DNA of 63,311 nt, filler included, from Basidiobolus ranarum (Eukaryota): the NCBI GenBank assembly GCA_040143965.1. It is 24 parts of 24 records of this genome, joined end to end, with 100 filler letters (N's around TTAATTAATTAA, not from the genome) between each part and the next. Parts side by side here need not be neighbours in the genome. Positions count along the whole stretch, not along the records: positions 10,612 to 13,161 come from JASJQH010003215.1; positions 13,262 to 15,808 come from JASJQH010003216.1; positions 15,909 to 18,455 come from JASJQH010003217.1; positions 18,556 to 21,101 come from JASJQH010003218.1; positions 21,202 to 23,746 come from JASJQH010003219.1; positions 23,847 to 26,389 come from JASJQH010003220.1; 18 more parts are not named here. One strand, given 5' to 3'. Positions 10,612-23,858 of this stretch are shown here, piece after piece (position 1 is the stretch's first letter; the number at the start of each line of letters is the position of its first letter). The position numbers were made by a program, and so were the translations under genes. Under the pieces are notes generated by a model. It searched no databases. It saw only the letters and a list, made by a program, of their open reading frames with translations, and was not told the origin of the DNA.

Positions 10612-13161
10612 GAAGCCCTCCTATTTACCTGACCAATTCTTGTGCTATGAAAGCCAGAGCCTTAATAGAAAAACAATAATCACAAGTATGGTCACTGTGC
10701 AAGGCCCCCCGCTGCACCAAGCCTGGTGTATATCAACAGTAATAAGTGCACTAAACTGACTTTAGTTTTGCCCATTGATTTCACTGACTCTAACTGAAAT
10801 TTGAGGATTGTTATTGTAGGAAAACCATCACAATTTTAATCCATTTGGGATTGACCACTCACTTACCATTGTAAAATTGTCAAGTTAGATTTGATTTTAA
10901 TCAATTTTTTCATTTTCAGGAGTGATATTTCAAGATCTAGCAAAATAGTTGCATATGATTGGCTACAATCTTGGAGAACCATGGATCAATGCATTTGTAA
11001 GACAAATAACTCAAATTTCACACATTTGCCACTTGGACAATTATTTGTCACCTTGAAAATTCCTAGTTTCTTTGATATATTCCCCTGAATATTTTTATAG
11101 AGTTCTTCATTCCCAAGGTTTAGCTCATATCCAACACAAGTTTGTATCAATATCTCCATCAAAGCCAACGTTTGTATTAACATTTCTTAATCAACATTCT
11201 TCCAGCTATCTGGTGGATACCCTGCAATATTGAGCCACCCTGTAATACCTTCTTCCCAGATATCTGCATGGTCAGCACCAGACAGAATGTCAAGTGAATG
11301 TTCTTTGGAAGCTACTTTCTCTATACTTGCACTGGATTTTTCCTCCATACTTTTGAAAATACTCCTCTAGCACTTTTACTATTTTCATATGTCCTTGTAG
11401 AGTGACACTACCAAGGTTGCTTTGTAGTGTTTATTCTGCTTTTTGCTTGCCTTTAAATTTGGGGCTAATTTCAACACCTTGAAAAGTTCCAGTTGGGGTT
11501 GGAGACCTATTAGTTTTATTTGCTGGTGTTTTTGCCTGTTGAGAGATGCCACGTGTTAGATAAACTTCCAAATTTAGCACTCCTCCAGCTAGTGTAACCA
11601 GTTGCATGGTGAAATTATGCTTTTTGCCAGTATATCTGACTCTAGAAATGCAGATCTTTGTAATGGTAGGAAGAATGTGGTAAGTGGGACATTAGAGCCT
11701 AAACTCACTGGTTCCATTGCTTTTCCCTTGGGTTTACTAACTTTTTGCTCCTTGAGTACTTTTTTAGCTACTTTTCTTTCCTTTCCAAATTGACAATTGC
11801 ATACATTTTTGAGCTGGTTCATGCATAGGCCTATACTAGCAATTGCCGTTTGCTTGCAAAAACCCAGGATATGCCACATGAAATAAGTCAAGAACCTTGA
11901 GAGTAACAACTGGTTATTGGTTTTCCATGAGTGGCTCAAATCCAGGTGAAATTGGGCAAGATTCTGCAAAGTTTCCAAAAGTTAAACCACTCTTCATCAG
12001 AGCTAGTGATGGCAGCTCTGACATTTAGAGTCTTTTGGTTTGCCATTTTTCCTATGAGATTTCAACTTTCAAGTGCGCAAGCAATTTAGGGTTGTTGTGT
12101 AAGCCTAAAGGTCTGACACATATTCTACTCTGCTTGATTGTCATGGTGACATTCATATGAAAGATGTGGGATTGATTGAAATCCAGTTTGGGAATGCATG
12201 GAGGGTGCAGCATGTTGCTGTAGCTCAATTACAGCATTCTGAAGGTCTTTTATCAGTGTTAAGTGATGCTCAAACTGTTGACTAGTTGCTTCTGGACACT
12301 GCATTAATTGCAATATTGAAGCATCATTACTTGCCATGGCCTGTATAGCAACTTGGTAGTTTTTGCTTGTGATTGCTTATCAATCATGTTGGTGTTCTGC
12401 CAATGATTCTTTTGTTGTATTCTTTATATCAAATTTTCTGTGGAGGATTGTTGAATATTGGGCAAGGTAGCCATTTTGGAAGTCAATGGTCTTGACAGTG
12501 TTCTGCCTGAGCTTTGCTCAACTATTCATTTACTGTGTAATTGGAGGACTCCAATCTCATCACTTGCACTATTGGCAGAAAGGAACACATTTGGTCAATT
12601 GATTAATGCTTCATCACTACTTGTTTTAGTTTCTATTGTGTTAGTGCCTTCCAAAGTGGACAGTGGTTTACTAGACTGCTCATCAATTAAGTCCTCTGTT
12701 CTTGCCAGTTTTTTTCTTTCACACCAGCAGGCTTTGGCTTGAAAGCCAATTTTGAATTTGATTTTGATTGCTTTGATTTTGAATGCTTTTTGAATGACAA
12801 TGAATTTTCAGATGGTAAACTTGGCATAATAAAATTGCATAGAAACAGCTTATAATAAACCAAAATTGCCAACCATTGCTGGAAATATCTTGTAATTTGC
12901 TGGGTGACTGATCTCTGACACCATCTCAGAATCAGCTGATGATATTGATAGGCTATATCTAAAATACCACCCTTATGTAGGAGGTATTTCGTTTTTCACA
13001 ATATCTTTGTCATGGTACAACACAAATGTTTAAAAAAGCCCTGCTTTTATTGTCACAAATTCTTGTGCTATGAAAGCCAGAGGCTTCATAGAAAAAATAA
13101 TCACTAACACAGTCCTGGTACAAAGCCACCAGCTGCACAACACCTGGTGCTTATCAACAGT
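10612..13161 (-). mobile_element. CACTA family: nearly full ORF2 (-, ~10795-12872), promoter and transposase 5' end, joined to another transposase 5' fragment (10612-10790)
   Basis: Homologous to the 5308, 16703 and 44968 copies. Confidence 0.8.
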
Positions 13162-13261
13162 NNNNNNNNNNNNNNNNNNNNNNNNNNNNNNNNNNNNNNN
13201 NNNNNTTAATTAATTAANNNNNNNNNNNNNNNNNNNNNNNNNNNNNNNNNNNNNNNNNNNN

Positions 13262-13931
13262 TTGTTACTACAAACACTATTGTCCAATCAGATTTCAGTG
13301 CACTATTAATGGTAGCAAAAGTGGGAGAAGCTTCCATACCAGGCTTCAAGTAAGTGAGAATTATCTAGCTTCAGTGATGAATGATGTTGAAGATGCCTGG
13401 GACAAAAGATTTAGAGACTCTAATTTCCTTCCATTTCCTGGAGTATTTCCCAATAGAGTTCATATCAGAAGTATTCTTGACACATTTCCAGTCAGAATTA
13501 ACAGACCCAAAAGCAACCAATAGCTATTTATTCTGGTAAGTACAAAGCCACTGTGTAAAGTTCCAGGCTTTGACAGATTTGGAAGGAAACTTCATTTGGT
13601 TTAGTGGGCCACATCCAGGGAGACACCATGACAAAAGGCTTTGGGTTGAGAGGCATGCACCATTTGTAAGATATGAGAAGACTATGGCTGATTTGGCATA
13701 TGTTGGGGAAGAATGCAGAAGGCTAGGATGTATCAATGCTAACAAGAGGGCTAGAGGAGGGATACTCACAGAGAGGCAAATCTTTATAATGACATTTTTC
13801 CCATTTTAGAGCAAGAGTAGAACATAGCTTTGGTTTCCTAAAGAGACATAGCATTGTAGCAGGAAAGTATAGAGGAAAATCATTTTGTGGGCCTCTGTCA
13901 AAGTTAGGTAAAGTAGTCAAAATCTTGATTA
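13262..13931 (+). mobile_element. Degenerate Harbinger/ISL2EU DDE_Tnp_4 transposase
   Basis: DLEGNFIWFSGPHPGRHHD...ADLAYVG...FRARVEHSFGFLK (across a frameshift). Confidence 0.8.
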
Positions 13932-14334
13932 ATTCTCAATACATTCATACTCAATGATATCCATTGAGAGCTCTAGACTTGAGACACTATGAATAAAGCT
14001 TTCATCATCTTTTGAATATGCAATAATGTCAAAAAGTACTTTTCGTAAATATACCACATAAGTAAAATAAACTGTTTCCAAAACGGTAAATAACATCATG
14101 CCATATAGTGCCCAATCATACCAATTTGTGCTGGCACACTTTTTAGCTGGCCTGATCTGGCTCAATAAAATGGAACAAGTCTAATATTCTAAGAATTTTG
14201 TGGAATGCTCCAGAAGATTGTAGAATTTTCCAGAAAATAATAGGGCTAAGGTGGGCTAATACCAATAAATCTGAAATAGTAGAGGATAATACTAATGGTG
14301 TGATATGATTGGCTAGAAAATATGGGTAAGTCAA

Positions 14335-14432
14335 ATATGGATAATAAAATAGAAATTGTGCAATAGTAATGATATGAGCTTGGAGTGCAAATAAGTTAAC
14401 CTGCCAGTGGGTAGCAATGCTGCCCCACTACA
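14335..14432 (-). mobile_element. LTR-like repeat family C terminus
   Basis: Starts TGTAGTGGGGCAGCATTGC on -. A homolog starts TGCAGTG at 42999 (+). Both abut CACTA sequence, at different sites. Confidence 0.5.
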
Positions 14433-15610
14433 GTGGCATGAGAAGGATATTGTAGAAAAAGAACACCTCCTACATAAGGGTGGTATATTAGGTATAGCCT
14501 ATCAATATAATCAGCTGAGTCTGAGACAGTGTCACAGATGAGTCAGCAAGGGATTAACAAGATATTTGCAGTAATGGATGGCAATTTTGGTTTATTATAA
14601 GCTGTTTCTAAGCAATTTCATTACACCAAGTTTACCATCTGAAAATTTCAATGCTATTTAAAAAGCTTCAAAAATCTAAATCAAAATCAGCTTCCAAGCC
14701 AAAGCCTGCTGGCATGAAGGGAAAAAAGCCAGCAAGAACAAAGGACTTGATTGATGAGAAGTCTAGCAATCTACTATCCACTTTGGAAGGCATTAACATG
14801 CTGGAAACTAATTCAAGTAATGATGAAACATTAAACAATTTGGTTTAAATTTTTTAAAAAACTATATTTTAACTTCGAACAAACCATCTGGTTTAAACTT
14901 TTTCCAGGAAATTATTTTTAAAAGTTTCGGAATCAAGATCCAAAGTTTGGTTTGGGATTAAGTTTTCGAATTAAATCTAAATTAAGATCCAATTTGGGTT
15001 CGAAAATAATATTTTGCGAAATAATTTTTAAAAAGTTTCAAACCAAGATCAAAATTGGGTTAAGGTGAAGAAGGTAAAGGATTTAAGTTTTTAAAAATCA
15101 AACGATATATTATCTTGAAACCAATTCTTCAACATTTTTACAAATGCTGCACAATATGCAAATAATATGCTCAAAGTTGTCTAATATAATACCTGGGTGG
15201 TTTTAGAAGGAAAGCATTGTATTGTAATACTTTTTTTGAGAATAGTTACTTTTTCAAGGTTTGACAAATACATTTTACTAAATGTAGCTTTATAAAACCT
15301 GACAGACAACCCTCTTAATATCATTCCATATACAGTGTGATCTCTTTTGATATTTGTAAAATGAGTTGTTGCAGCTAATAACATTTCTCCACATAATAGT
15401 GTAACAAAATTATTTTTTAAAAAAGTTTTTATTCAAGATCCAAAGTTTGGTTTGAGATACCAGATGTGTTCCTTTCCAGCAATAGAGCAAGTTAAGAGAT
15501 TGTAATCCCCCAATTATGTAGTAAATTGATAGTTGAGCAAAGTTCAACCAAAACACCGTCAAGACAATCAACTTCCAAAATGGCTACTTTGCCCACTATT
15601 GAACAACCCT
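14433..15610 (+). mobile_element. CACTA promoter and ORF2 5' part, interrupted by a 0.6-kb insertion
   Basis: MLFKKLQKSKSKSASKPKPAG..., resuming at (T)ACCAGATGTGTTCC near 15458. Confidence 0.8.
14842..15457. other. AT-rich insertion with internal direct repeats and a coding fragment (15181-15384, -)
   Basis: Splits the conserved CAATTT|ACCAGATG. AAATTATTTTTAAAAGTTT..TCAAGATCCAAAGTTTGGTTTG repeats at ~14909, ~15019 and ~15407. Confidence 0.7.
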
Positions 15611-15808
15611 TGTTGTGTCCAAGAGAAAAGTGGATAAAAAGTCTTGAACTTTACTGAACCAAAGAAACAGTGAAGTGCGGAATCTTAGAACTGTTTGAGC
15701 AGGATATATAAGCAGAGCAGATCTAACTAATATATGTCTTGGGAATAGCAGTGGGTTGCTATGTTATGGTAGAGAGTAGGTTTGCTAGGCAGCTAGGCTT
15801 GGTGTTCT
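15611..15808 (+). mobile_element. LTR-like repeat family D, 5' end
   Basis: Starts TGTTGTGTCCAAGAG; near-identical to 31562-31672. Confidence 0.65.
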
Positions 15809-16702
15809 NNNNNNNNNNNNNNNNNNNNNNNNNNNNNNNNNNNNNNNNNNNNTTAATTAATTAANNNNNNNNNNNNNNNNNNNNNNNNNNNNNNNNNNNN
15901 NNNNNNNNAACAACAAATTCCAACCATGAGGCCAATATTTTACTATGTACCAGTACCATAAAAATACAGTCAAGGAGCAGCCATCTCACCACAAAAACCC
16001 TGGCAGAATGCAAGCCACCAATGTTATCACAGTTCTCTGATGGTCTCACAGTCCAGATCAAATGAATTTTATTTTTGTTAGGAATTGGTATCCATTCCAA
16101 GTACATATTTGCATGGTAATGACTTATAGAAATCAATTGGAATCACACAAATCTCTCATCCACAATTAATATGGCATTGAATAAGGTCTTCATGAGTAGT
16201 TCCACTAACTATGGCTGTGGCCACTGAGTAGAATGCAAATGTATGTGTTTCCTTGGGCATCTTGGGAAGTGATTCATCAAGACCTGTATGCAAAATTCTT
16301 GTGGACAGTTAATCCATAAGCTATCTCCTAGTACCTATGGCATCATTTAGATTCTTAAGACTGTGGGTGAAACACTAACAAGTTCTCCAACTGTCATGGA
16401 AAGGCAAGAGTCTGCAATCCTCTTAGTAAGTGTCTTAGGATCTGTCTTCTTGCTACTCCTGAATTGCATATGATAGTTGAACTGTCAAGGTCTTTCCTCA
16501 GTTGCTCTTGGTGTTGATTTTATAATGTTCTCAATAACAACTTCTGGTTCAAAAAAAATTTCCTTCTGTGTACCAGTAGGTTGTAGTTCCTCAAGTGGAG
16601 AAGCTCTCATTGTTGCATAGGCTTCAGCTAAGCAAGAAAAATCATCTTCATTGTCAGATTACAAAATTTTGCTTTGGTGTTGGACAACATCAAATAACTG
16701 TA

Positions 16703-18455
16703 CATAACACAACTTTGAGGATAGTCATCATGGGAAAACCATCACAATTTAATCCATTTTGGATTGATCATTTACTAACCATCATAAAATTGTTGGCTTA
16801 GATTTGATTTTAATCAATTTGTTTGGTTTCAGGAATAAAGTTTCAGAACCTTGCAAAATAGTTGCACTTGATTGGCTACCATTGCAGAGAACTATGGATC
16901 AACTCATGTGCAAAAAACTTAACTCACATTTAAACAGTAACCACTTGAATGCTAATTTGGCACCTTTGAAATCCCCAATTTCTTTAATATATTCTCCGGA
17001 ATATTTTTATAGAGCTTGTCATACCAAAGATTTAGCTCATATTGAACACAAGTTTATATCAATATCTCCATCAAAGCCCACCATTGTATTAACCTTGCTC
17101 AATTAGCATTCTTCCAGTAATCTGACAGATATCCTGCAATATTGTACCATTCTGAATTCAGTTCTTCCCAGATATCTGCACAGTCAACACCAGACTGATT
17201 ATCAAGTTGAATGTTTTTCTTCTGAAGCCACTTTCTGCACACTTTTACTGCATTAATCCCTTCACACTTTTGAGAATACTTGTCGAGCACTTTTACTATT
17301 TTTATAAGTTCTTGCAGTATGACACTGCTGAGGGTGCTTTGTGGTGTTTATACAGCTTTTTGCTCACCTTTAAGTTTGGGCTAATTTCAACACTTTGAAA
17401 AGTACCAGCTGAGATTGGAGAGCCATGAACTTTGCTTGCTGGTGTTTTAGCTTGCTGAGAGGTGCCAGTGCCAGATAAACTTTCAATTTTAGCTCTCTTC
17501 CAACTGGTGTACCTGGTTCCAAGGTAAAATAAAGCTTTTTTGCCAGTATATCTGACTCTGGAAATACAAATCTTGTAATGGTTTGATGAATATGGTAAGT
17601 GAGACAATAGAGCCTGCACTCACTGGCTCCTTTGGTTTTCCCTTTGGTTAACTAACTTCCTGCTTTTTGAGTACTTCTTTTGCTGCCTTTCTTGTTTAAG
17701 CCAATAATTGTGTACATTTTTGAGATGTTTCATGAATAGGCCTATGCAGGCCCATTTGCCATTTTCTTGCAAAAACGCACAATAAGCAACATGAAATAAG
17801 TCCAGAACCTTCAGAGTAACGTCTGGTTTTTGGTTTTCCACAATTGACCCAAATTGAGGTGATTTCTAGAAAGATTCCCCACATTTTCCAGGATGTTAAA
17901 CCACTTATCATCAGAGCAAGTGACAGCTGCTCTGACATTCAGAGTCTTTTGGTTTGCTGATTTTCCTATGAGATTTCTACTTTTATGTGCCAAGCAATAT
18001 CGGTTGTTGAGTAGGCCTAATGGTCCAACGCATATTCTGCACTGCTTGATTGTCATAGTTACATTCACATATATGGTGTGGGATTGATTGAAATCTCATG
18101 TGAGTATGGATAGAGGGAGCAGCATGTTGCTGTAGATCAAGCATAGCATTCTGAAGGTCTTGTATAATTGTTGAGTGACTCTTTGACTGTTGACTAGTTG
18201 GTTCAGGCCACTGCATTAATTGCAATATTGTGGCCTTATTGCTTATCATGGCCTGTAAAGCAACTTTGTAGTCTCTAATTATGAATGCATGAAAAGCATT
18301 ATAGTGTTTGGCCTGAGATTTCTTTGTTTCAATAATTCAATCAATACTTTCTACAGAGGGGTGTTCAATAGTTGGCGAAGTAGGCACTTAAGAAGTTGAT
18401 GGTCTTGATGGTGTTGCTGTAAATCTTGCTTAATTATTATTTTACTATGTAATTG
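16703..18455 (-). mobile_element. CACTA family ORF2 (decayed) and element end
   Basis: Homologous to 10795-12540; shared boundary CATAAC...TTTGAG. Confidence 0.8.
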
Positions 18456-20114
18456 NNNNNNNNNNNNNNNNNNNNNNNNNNNNNNNNNNNNNNNNNNNNT
18501 TAATTAATTAANNNNNNNNNNNNNNNNNNNNNNNNNNNNNNNNNNNNNNNNNNNNTCTACTGCTCCTCAAACAGTTTGTCTTTCCAGTTCTAAAATTTGG
18601 CTTACCTCTTGTTTCTCTCACTTCCAGGCACTTCACCAAGCTTGACAGATTTGTAGTTTGATATATCACTTCCCTAGTTTCCCATCTGCCTGAGGGCCCT
18701 TACAGACATGCCATTCTTGGTGCCTTTGGATTACCTCCATATAGTCTTAGAATACTCTGCCTGAAGACTAGACTGTTAATCAGGATTTGCAAGAGTCAGA
18801 ACCCTCTGATTATGTCCTGGATTGGTTGCCACCTCTTTGATCCTTCTTCTTGCTGGAGAATACTGTTAGGAGATCCTGAAGTCAGGAAATTTGCTTCCTT
18901 ATAGAACAATCTGAGAAGCCCTCCCTTGCCTACAAGGAATACTTGGTGGACCTTTGGCAGCAATATCTTCAGAAACACACTCCCTTCATGCTTTATGTTA
19001 ATCCTAGCCTCATCCCACTTATTTCTATTGTTGACAAACTATTTTTACCTTTATTACCCCTCCCATTCCACTTAATAGTGTCTTAGACTCTACTGACTTA
19101 ACTTTTCTGCTTTGCAATATTCATGCCAATACTCCAGAACTTCACACTTGAATTAAGAAACTACAAAAGTAGATATTGCTTCTTTGTTTTGTTTAAAATA
19201 AAGATTTCACCTGTTGGTGACTATCTCCCCCCCCCCTTTGGTTTTCAACTAACCTTAGTATTTCAATACTTCATTATCTTCTTTATACTTTAACTTCAAC
19301 TATTATTGTTAGCATATTATGCTACATAGGTTTATTTGTTTAATAGTTTTTTATCTATTTATTAAATATATATTACACCCTATGGTGCTTATCATCCCCC
19401 TAACCCTAAGTGATATTTGACTAAACAATGTTAACCAAGTAGGATACAATATTTGAAGCAGTTAGGTATAGAAAGGTAAAGAGGAATATGATAATAATGA
19501 TAAACTTCAATAATGTATTTATTGTATTTGAATAGCCCTAAATAAAGAACCATTACACCCTCAGGTATACTTCATCTCCCCCTCCATCCCAAACCTAAAT
19601 AGTTTGTTGATTTTTAGCATTGTAGTGACAACTTTTAATTGTTGCAAATATGTAGATTAATGTATGCAGGTACTTACTTAGTTTTCTCTGATTGTCAACT
19701 ATTGAACAAAGGGGAGAAACCTTACCTGGCTACTGTGGATGAGGGTAATACAATATAGCCAGTAGTTCTCACCTGGTATTTTCACCAGCCTAATTATTAC
19801 CTGGCTACCGTATATTAAACTCATGCACCGACTTATACTGCTAGGGACAGCCTAAGTCAAATATATATGTGTTCTACCCACGAAAATATACACATGAATC
19901 ATCTTCTTAGATGATACCCTCTACGTTGGCCTAAACTATTATTATGCTGGAAAAATGCACTCTTACGGAAATCACCATAACCCTAGCCCATTTTGACCAA
20001 TAAATCAAATCACTTTGCCCAAATAAGTGGCATGTTGAGAAATAAAAGTGATCAGTTTAATAAATATGTGTAGATAGCTCAATATGAGTTATGCTTTATT
20101 ATAAGTTAATCTGT

Positions 20115-20399
20115 TCAACATCCCGGACCACAAGTCCACTTATGCTGCGCACATTGACCAAACTGAGCATTTTGTTGACAAGATACTCCATTTGCTGATT
20201 CACTCTGACAAGTATACCCACTGGCTTGAAGACTGTTTAGGAACTGGCTACGGTGACGTGTTGCGGGCATTCTACATACATTATTCGCGCATTGATAGAA
20301 ACAGCGTCCATTCCTCAGCCCTACAGTAGTGCATGCGTTTTCACAAGCCTTTGCTCCAATAGCTATGGCGAAGAGAGTAATTAGAACTGGAAACTTCAT
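20115..20399 (-). CDS. Small secreted cysteine-rich protein, 94 aa, 10 Cys
   Basis: Signal peptide MKFPVLITLFAIAIGAKA; TATAAAAA ~50 bp upstream; normal CpG content. Confidence 0.85.
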   Translation of the reverse strand: MKFPVLITLFAIAIGAKACENACTTVGLRNGRCFYQCANNVCRMPATRHRSQFLNSLQASGYTCQSESANGVSCQQNAQFGQCAQHKWTCGPGC

Positions 20400-20657
20400 T
20401 GTGTAAGTGTCTTCTTGTTTTCTCTTTTTTAGACAAAGAAGACAGCCATTTTTATAACAAAGTCACTTAATGAAAGCAGGGACAAGCGCAGGGACAAGGG
20501 CAGTGCATATAGAGTAGCATATTCTGGCCGCTTGGCCTTTATCCATTACGTAATTGATTACCCGAAAACACTCTTATTATCAATGATTAGTTTCCCAGAG
20601 AGCACTCTCCTCCTGCCTCCTGTAATGTTGGGATCTACATAATAATCAGCTGCAGTA

Positions 20658-20710
20658 GATATACGGATTGATGGATATACGGATTGATGGATATACGGAT
20701 TGATGGATAT
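20658..20710. repeat. 16-bp tandem repeat (GATATACGGATTGATG) x3.3
   Basis: Three perfect units plus GATAT. Confidence 0.95.
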
Positions 20711-21201
20711 CCTGATTGGTTGCTAAAATCACACCTATTTATGATGGTCGTTAAGAGATATAATTTCAGTAAGTGTCAGAAATATACTAATAATGCATGT
20801 GTTTGCGGTGAGTTGTTGACCCTGCACTCTCAGTTACTATAATGATTAGGACAATACCACTCCCTTGAAAGTTACAATGACATTTTTATTACCTAGGGTT
20901 AAAAAGAAATGTTCCTATTTTTGAAGATTTATTGCTTAGGCGTGATATTCATGAAGTAAATAAAAAATGTATTAGTAAGTTACAAGTCGAATCCTTAACT
21001 ACACCAAAGTCATATCCTTAACTAGATCTGCTACGTCTTGAATCAGAAGATCAAGCAAATAGATAAGCAACTAGATCTTACATTTGCTTCAATATCCAGT
21101 ANNNNNNNNNNNNNNNNNNNNNNNNNNNNNNNNNNNNNNNNNNNNTTAATTAATTAANNNNNNNNNNNNNNNNNNNNNNNNNNNNNNNNNNNNNNNNNNN
21201 N

Positions 21202-23746
21202 GCTATGGCTCCAGCTGATCCCCTTTATCAATAAAATCTTAGGCTTATGACTAATACCAAGTTTGATGTTAGACTGACTATCTGGTCAGTTGATATCAAC
21301 GATCATGCTGAGACCTGACTGGGCTCTTGATGGTAAAATCATGGAATTTAGTTTTGTATTTGGATGCTAACAATGCACATGCCTGATAGAGTAGACTCCA
21401 TTGGTTTGACAATATCTAGAGCAAGATAGTGCATGGTACCCATGAAAATCTCCAAGTTTGTTGATGGTAGGAGTGTCACCAATACATACAATGATATTAG
21501 CTTAAGTAATATATTCACCCATCTAAACCCCATTAGATAATCATTCAAATTCCACAATCAAAGGATCCAAGAACCTATCTATAAGCACTGGTGATTTTGG
21601 TCCAGTTATGATGGATAGTATCAAAATACTCTGACTCCAAGCCCATTCACAAGGAGGAAGATTTAAGTAAATTTAAATTATTGGCCAGCAAGCCTTTCCA
21701 ATGGCACAATTGTTTAGCAAGAATCCATACAGAGCCTGTGCAAATGCATGATCATACATGTTCTCAAAGAAACCTTGACTTTTCAGACTCTGGTAGTGAT
21801 ATCCATTAGGTATATTGGTAATACTATCAGCTTTATTGTGAGTACTTTGATATTGGAACAATGATCTATGTTTGGGTGATTTCATCAAAACTTTAAGATC
21901 AGGAATCAATGGTATTGAAGTTAATTTCAATGATATTTACCTGATTTGGAGAATGCCAAGTGTGTGCAAACAGTGCATGACTTCAGGTTTTTCAGATCAC
22001 TGGTGAAAGCCAAACAGCCATTTGGACATGAAGGTAGTTTCATTACTGAAGGATTATAAGTGTTACAATTGACAAGCGTTTTCCACTTGTACCAGGTCTG
22101 TTGCAAGCAACAATTGCCAATCCACTGTGGTAAAGTGTAAGAGAACCAATAAACACTAGGTTGCTGAGATTGGATTGAACTATCATGTCATATAACTGCG
22201 GTAACTTCATGGTATTTTCACTTTTGGCAGTGTTACCAAAGCTTTGAGGCAAGGTACAGTCAGTGAACTCAGCGGACAAAACTAAACTTGATTTTGTGCA
22301 CTCATTGCTGTTGATATACACCAGGCTTTGTGCAGCTAGTGGCTTTGTACAGTTACCATGCTGGTGATTACTTTTTCTATGAAGCCTCCAGCTTTCATAG
22401 CACAAGAATTTGTGACAACAATAGCACGGCTTCTTGAAACATCTGTGTGGTGGCATGAGAATGATATTGTGAGAAAAAGAACACCTCCTACTTAAGGGTG
22501 GTATTTTAGGGCCATCTCATCAATATCATCCTCTGATTCTGAGATGGTATCACAGATGAGTCATCAGGGGGTTTACAAAATATTTCTGGATAATGGATGG
22601 CAATTTTGGTTGATTTTCAGCTGATTCTAAGCAATTTCATTACGCTAAGTTTACCATCTGAAGAATTCAAAGCCATTTAAAAAGCATTCAATATCAAAGT
22701 CAAAATTGCATCCAAACCATAGCCTGCTGGCTTGAAAGGAAAAGAACCAGCAATAACAGAGGACTAAATTCATGAGCAGTCTAGCGATACACTATCCACT
22801 TTTTGAAAGCAGCAACATGCCTGAGACTAACTCAAGTAATGAAGAAGCATCAATTAGTTTACCAGATGTGTTCCTTTCCAGTCATAGTGCAAGTAAAGAG
22901 ATTGTAATGCCCCATTTACATAGTAAGTCAGTAGTTCAGGAAAGGTCAGCCAAAGCATCATCAAGACCATCAACTCCCAAAATGACTACTTACAACACAA
23001 TTGAACAACCCTCTGCAGAAAATTTGGATACAGTTATTACAACAAGGGAATTGCAGGCACAACACCATCATGACTTGTATGCAATCATAAGTAAAAACTA
23101 CAAAGTTGCTATAGAGGCCATAACAAGTAATGATGCAACAATATCAGAATTAATGCAATATTTGGAAGCAACTAATCAAAAGTTTGAGAGTAACTTAACA
23201 ATGATAGAACCTTCAGAATACTGTACTTGAGCTACAGCAATATGCTGCCCCCTCTGTCCATTCTCATAAGTAGTTTCAATCAATCCCACACCATACATAT
23301 GAATGTTGCCTTCACAGTCTAGCAGAGCAGAATATGTGTTGGACTAGTAAGTCTACACAACAAACCAAAATTGCTTAGGCACATGAAAATAGAAATCTCA
23401 TGGGAAAAGCAGCTAACCAAAAGACTCTGAATGTCAGAGCTGCCAACACTTGCTCTGATGACAAGTGGTTCAATATTTTGGAAATATATCAAAGAAACTA
23501 GGAATTTTGAAGGTAACAAATTAGCGTTCAAATGGTAAACATGTAAAATTTGAGTTAGGTTTTTGGACATGCATTGATCCATAGTTCTCTGAGACTGTAG
23601 CCAATCATGTGCAACTATTTTGCAAGATCTTGAAATTTCACTCCGGAAACTGAAAAAATTGATTAAAATCAAATCTAACTTGACAATTTTATGATAGTAA
23701 GTAAATAATCAATCCCAATGGATTAAAATTGTGATGGTTTCCTACA
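21202..23746 (-). mobile_element. CACTA family: transposase (-, to 22456) and ORF2 (+, from ~22670, internal deletion near 23485)
   Basis: GFFENMYDHAFAQALYGF...KACWPII; conserved divergent promoter. Confidence 0.85.
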
Positions 23747-23858
23747 NNNNNNNNNNNNNNNNNNNNNNNNNNNNNNNNNNNNNNNNNNNNTTAATTAATT
23801 AANNNNNNNNNNNNNNNNNNNNNNNNNNNNNNNNNNNNNNNNNNNNTCTTGAACGCGA

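Noticed and set aside
14426-14432. CACTACA as the CACTA terminal repeat
   Set aside because: It lies at a break inside the transposase start and is the reverse complement of the TG-start of repeat family C, also seen at 42999.
15909-16700. Gypsy gag-protease relic (CHINCG*EICVIP on -)
   Set aside because: CpG-depleted and TE-like, but too degenerate to call by eye.
19715-19815. U1 snRNA (TTACCTGG twice)
   Set aside because: No U1 stem-loops or Sm site follow.
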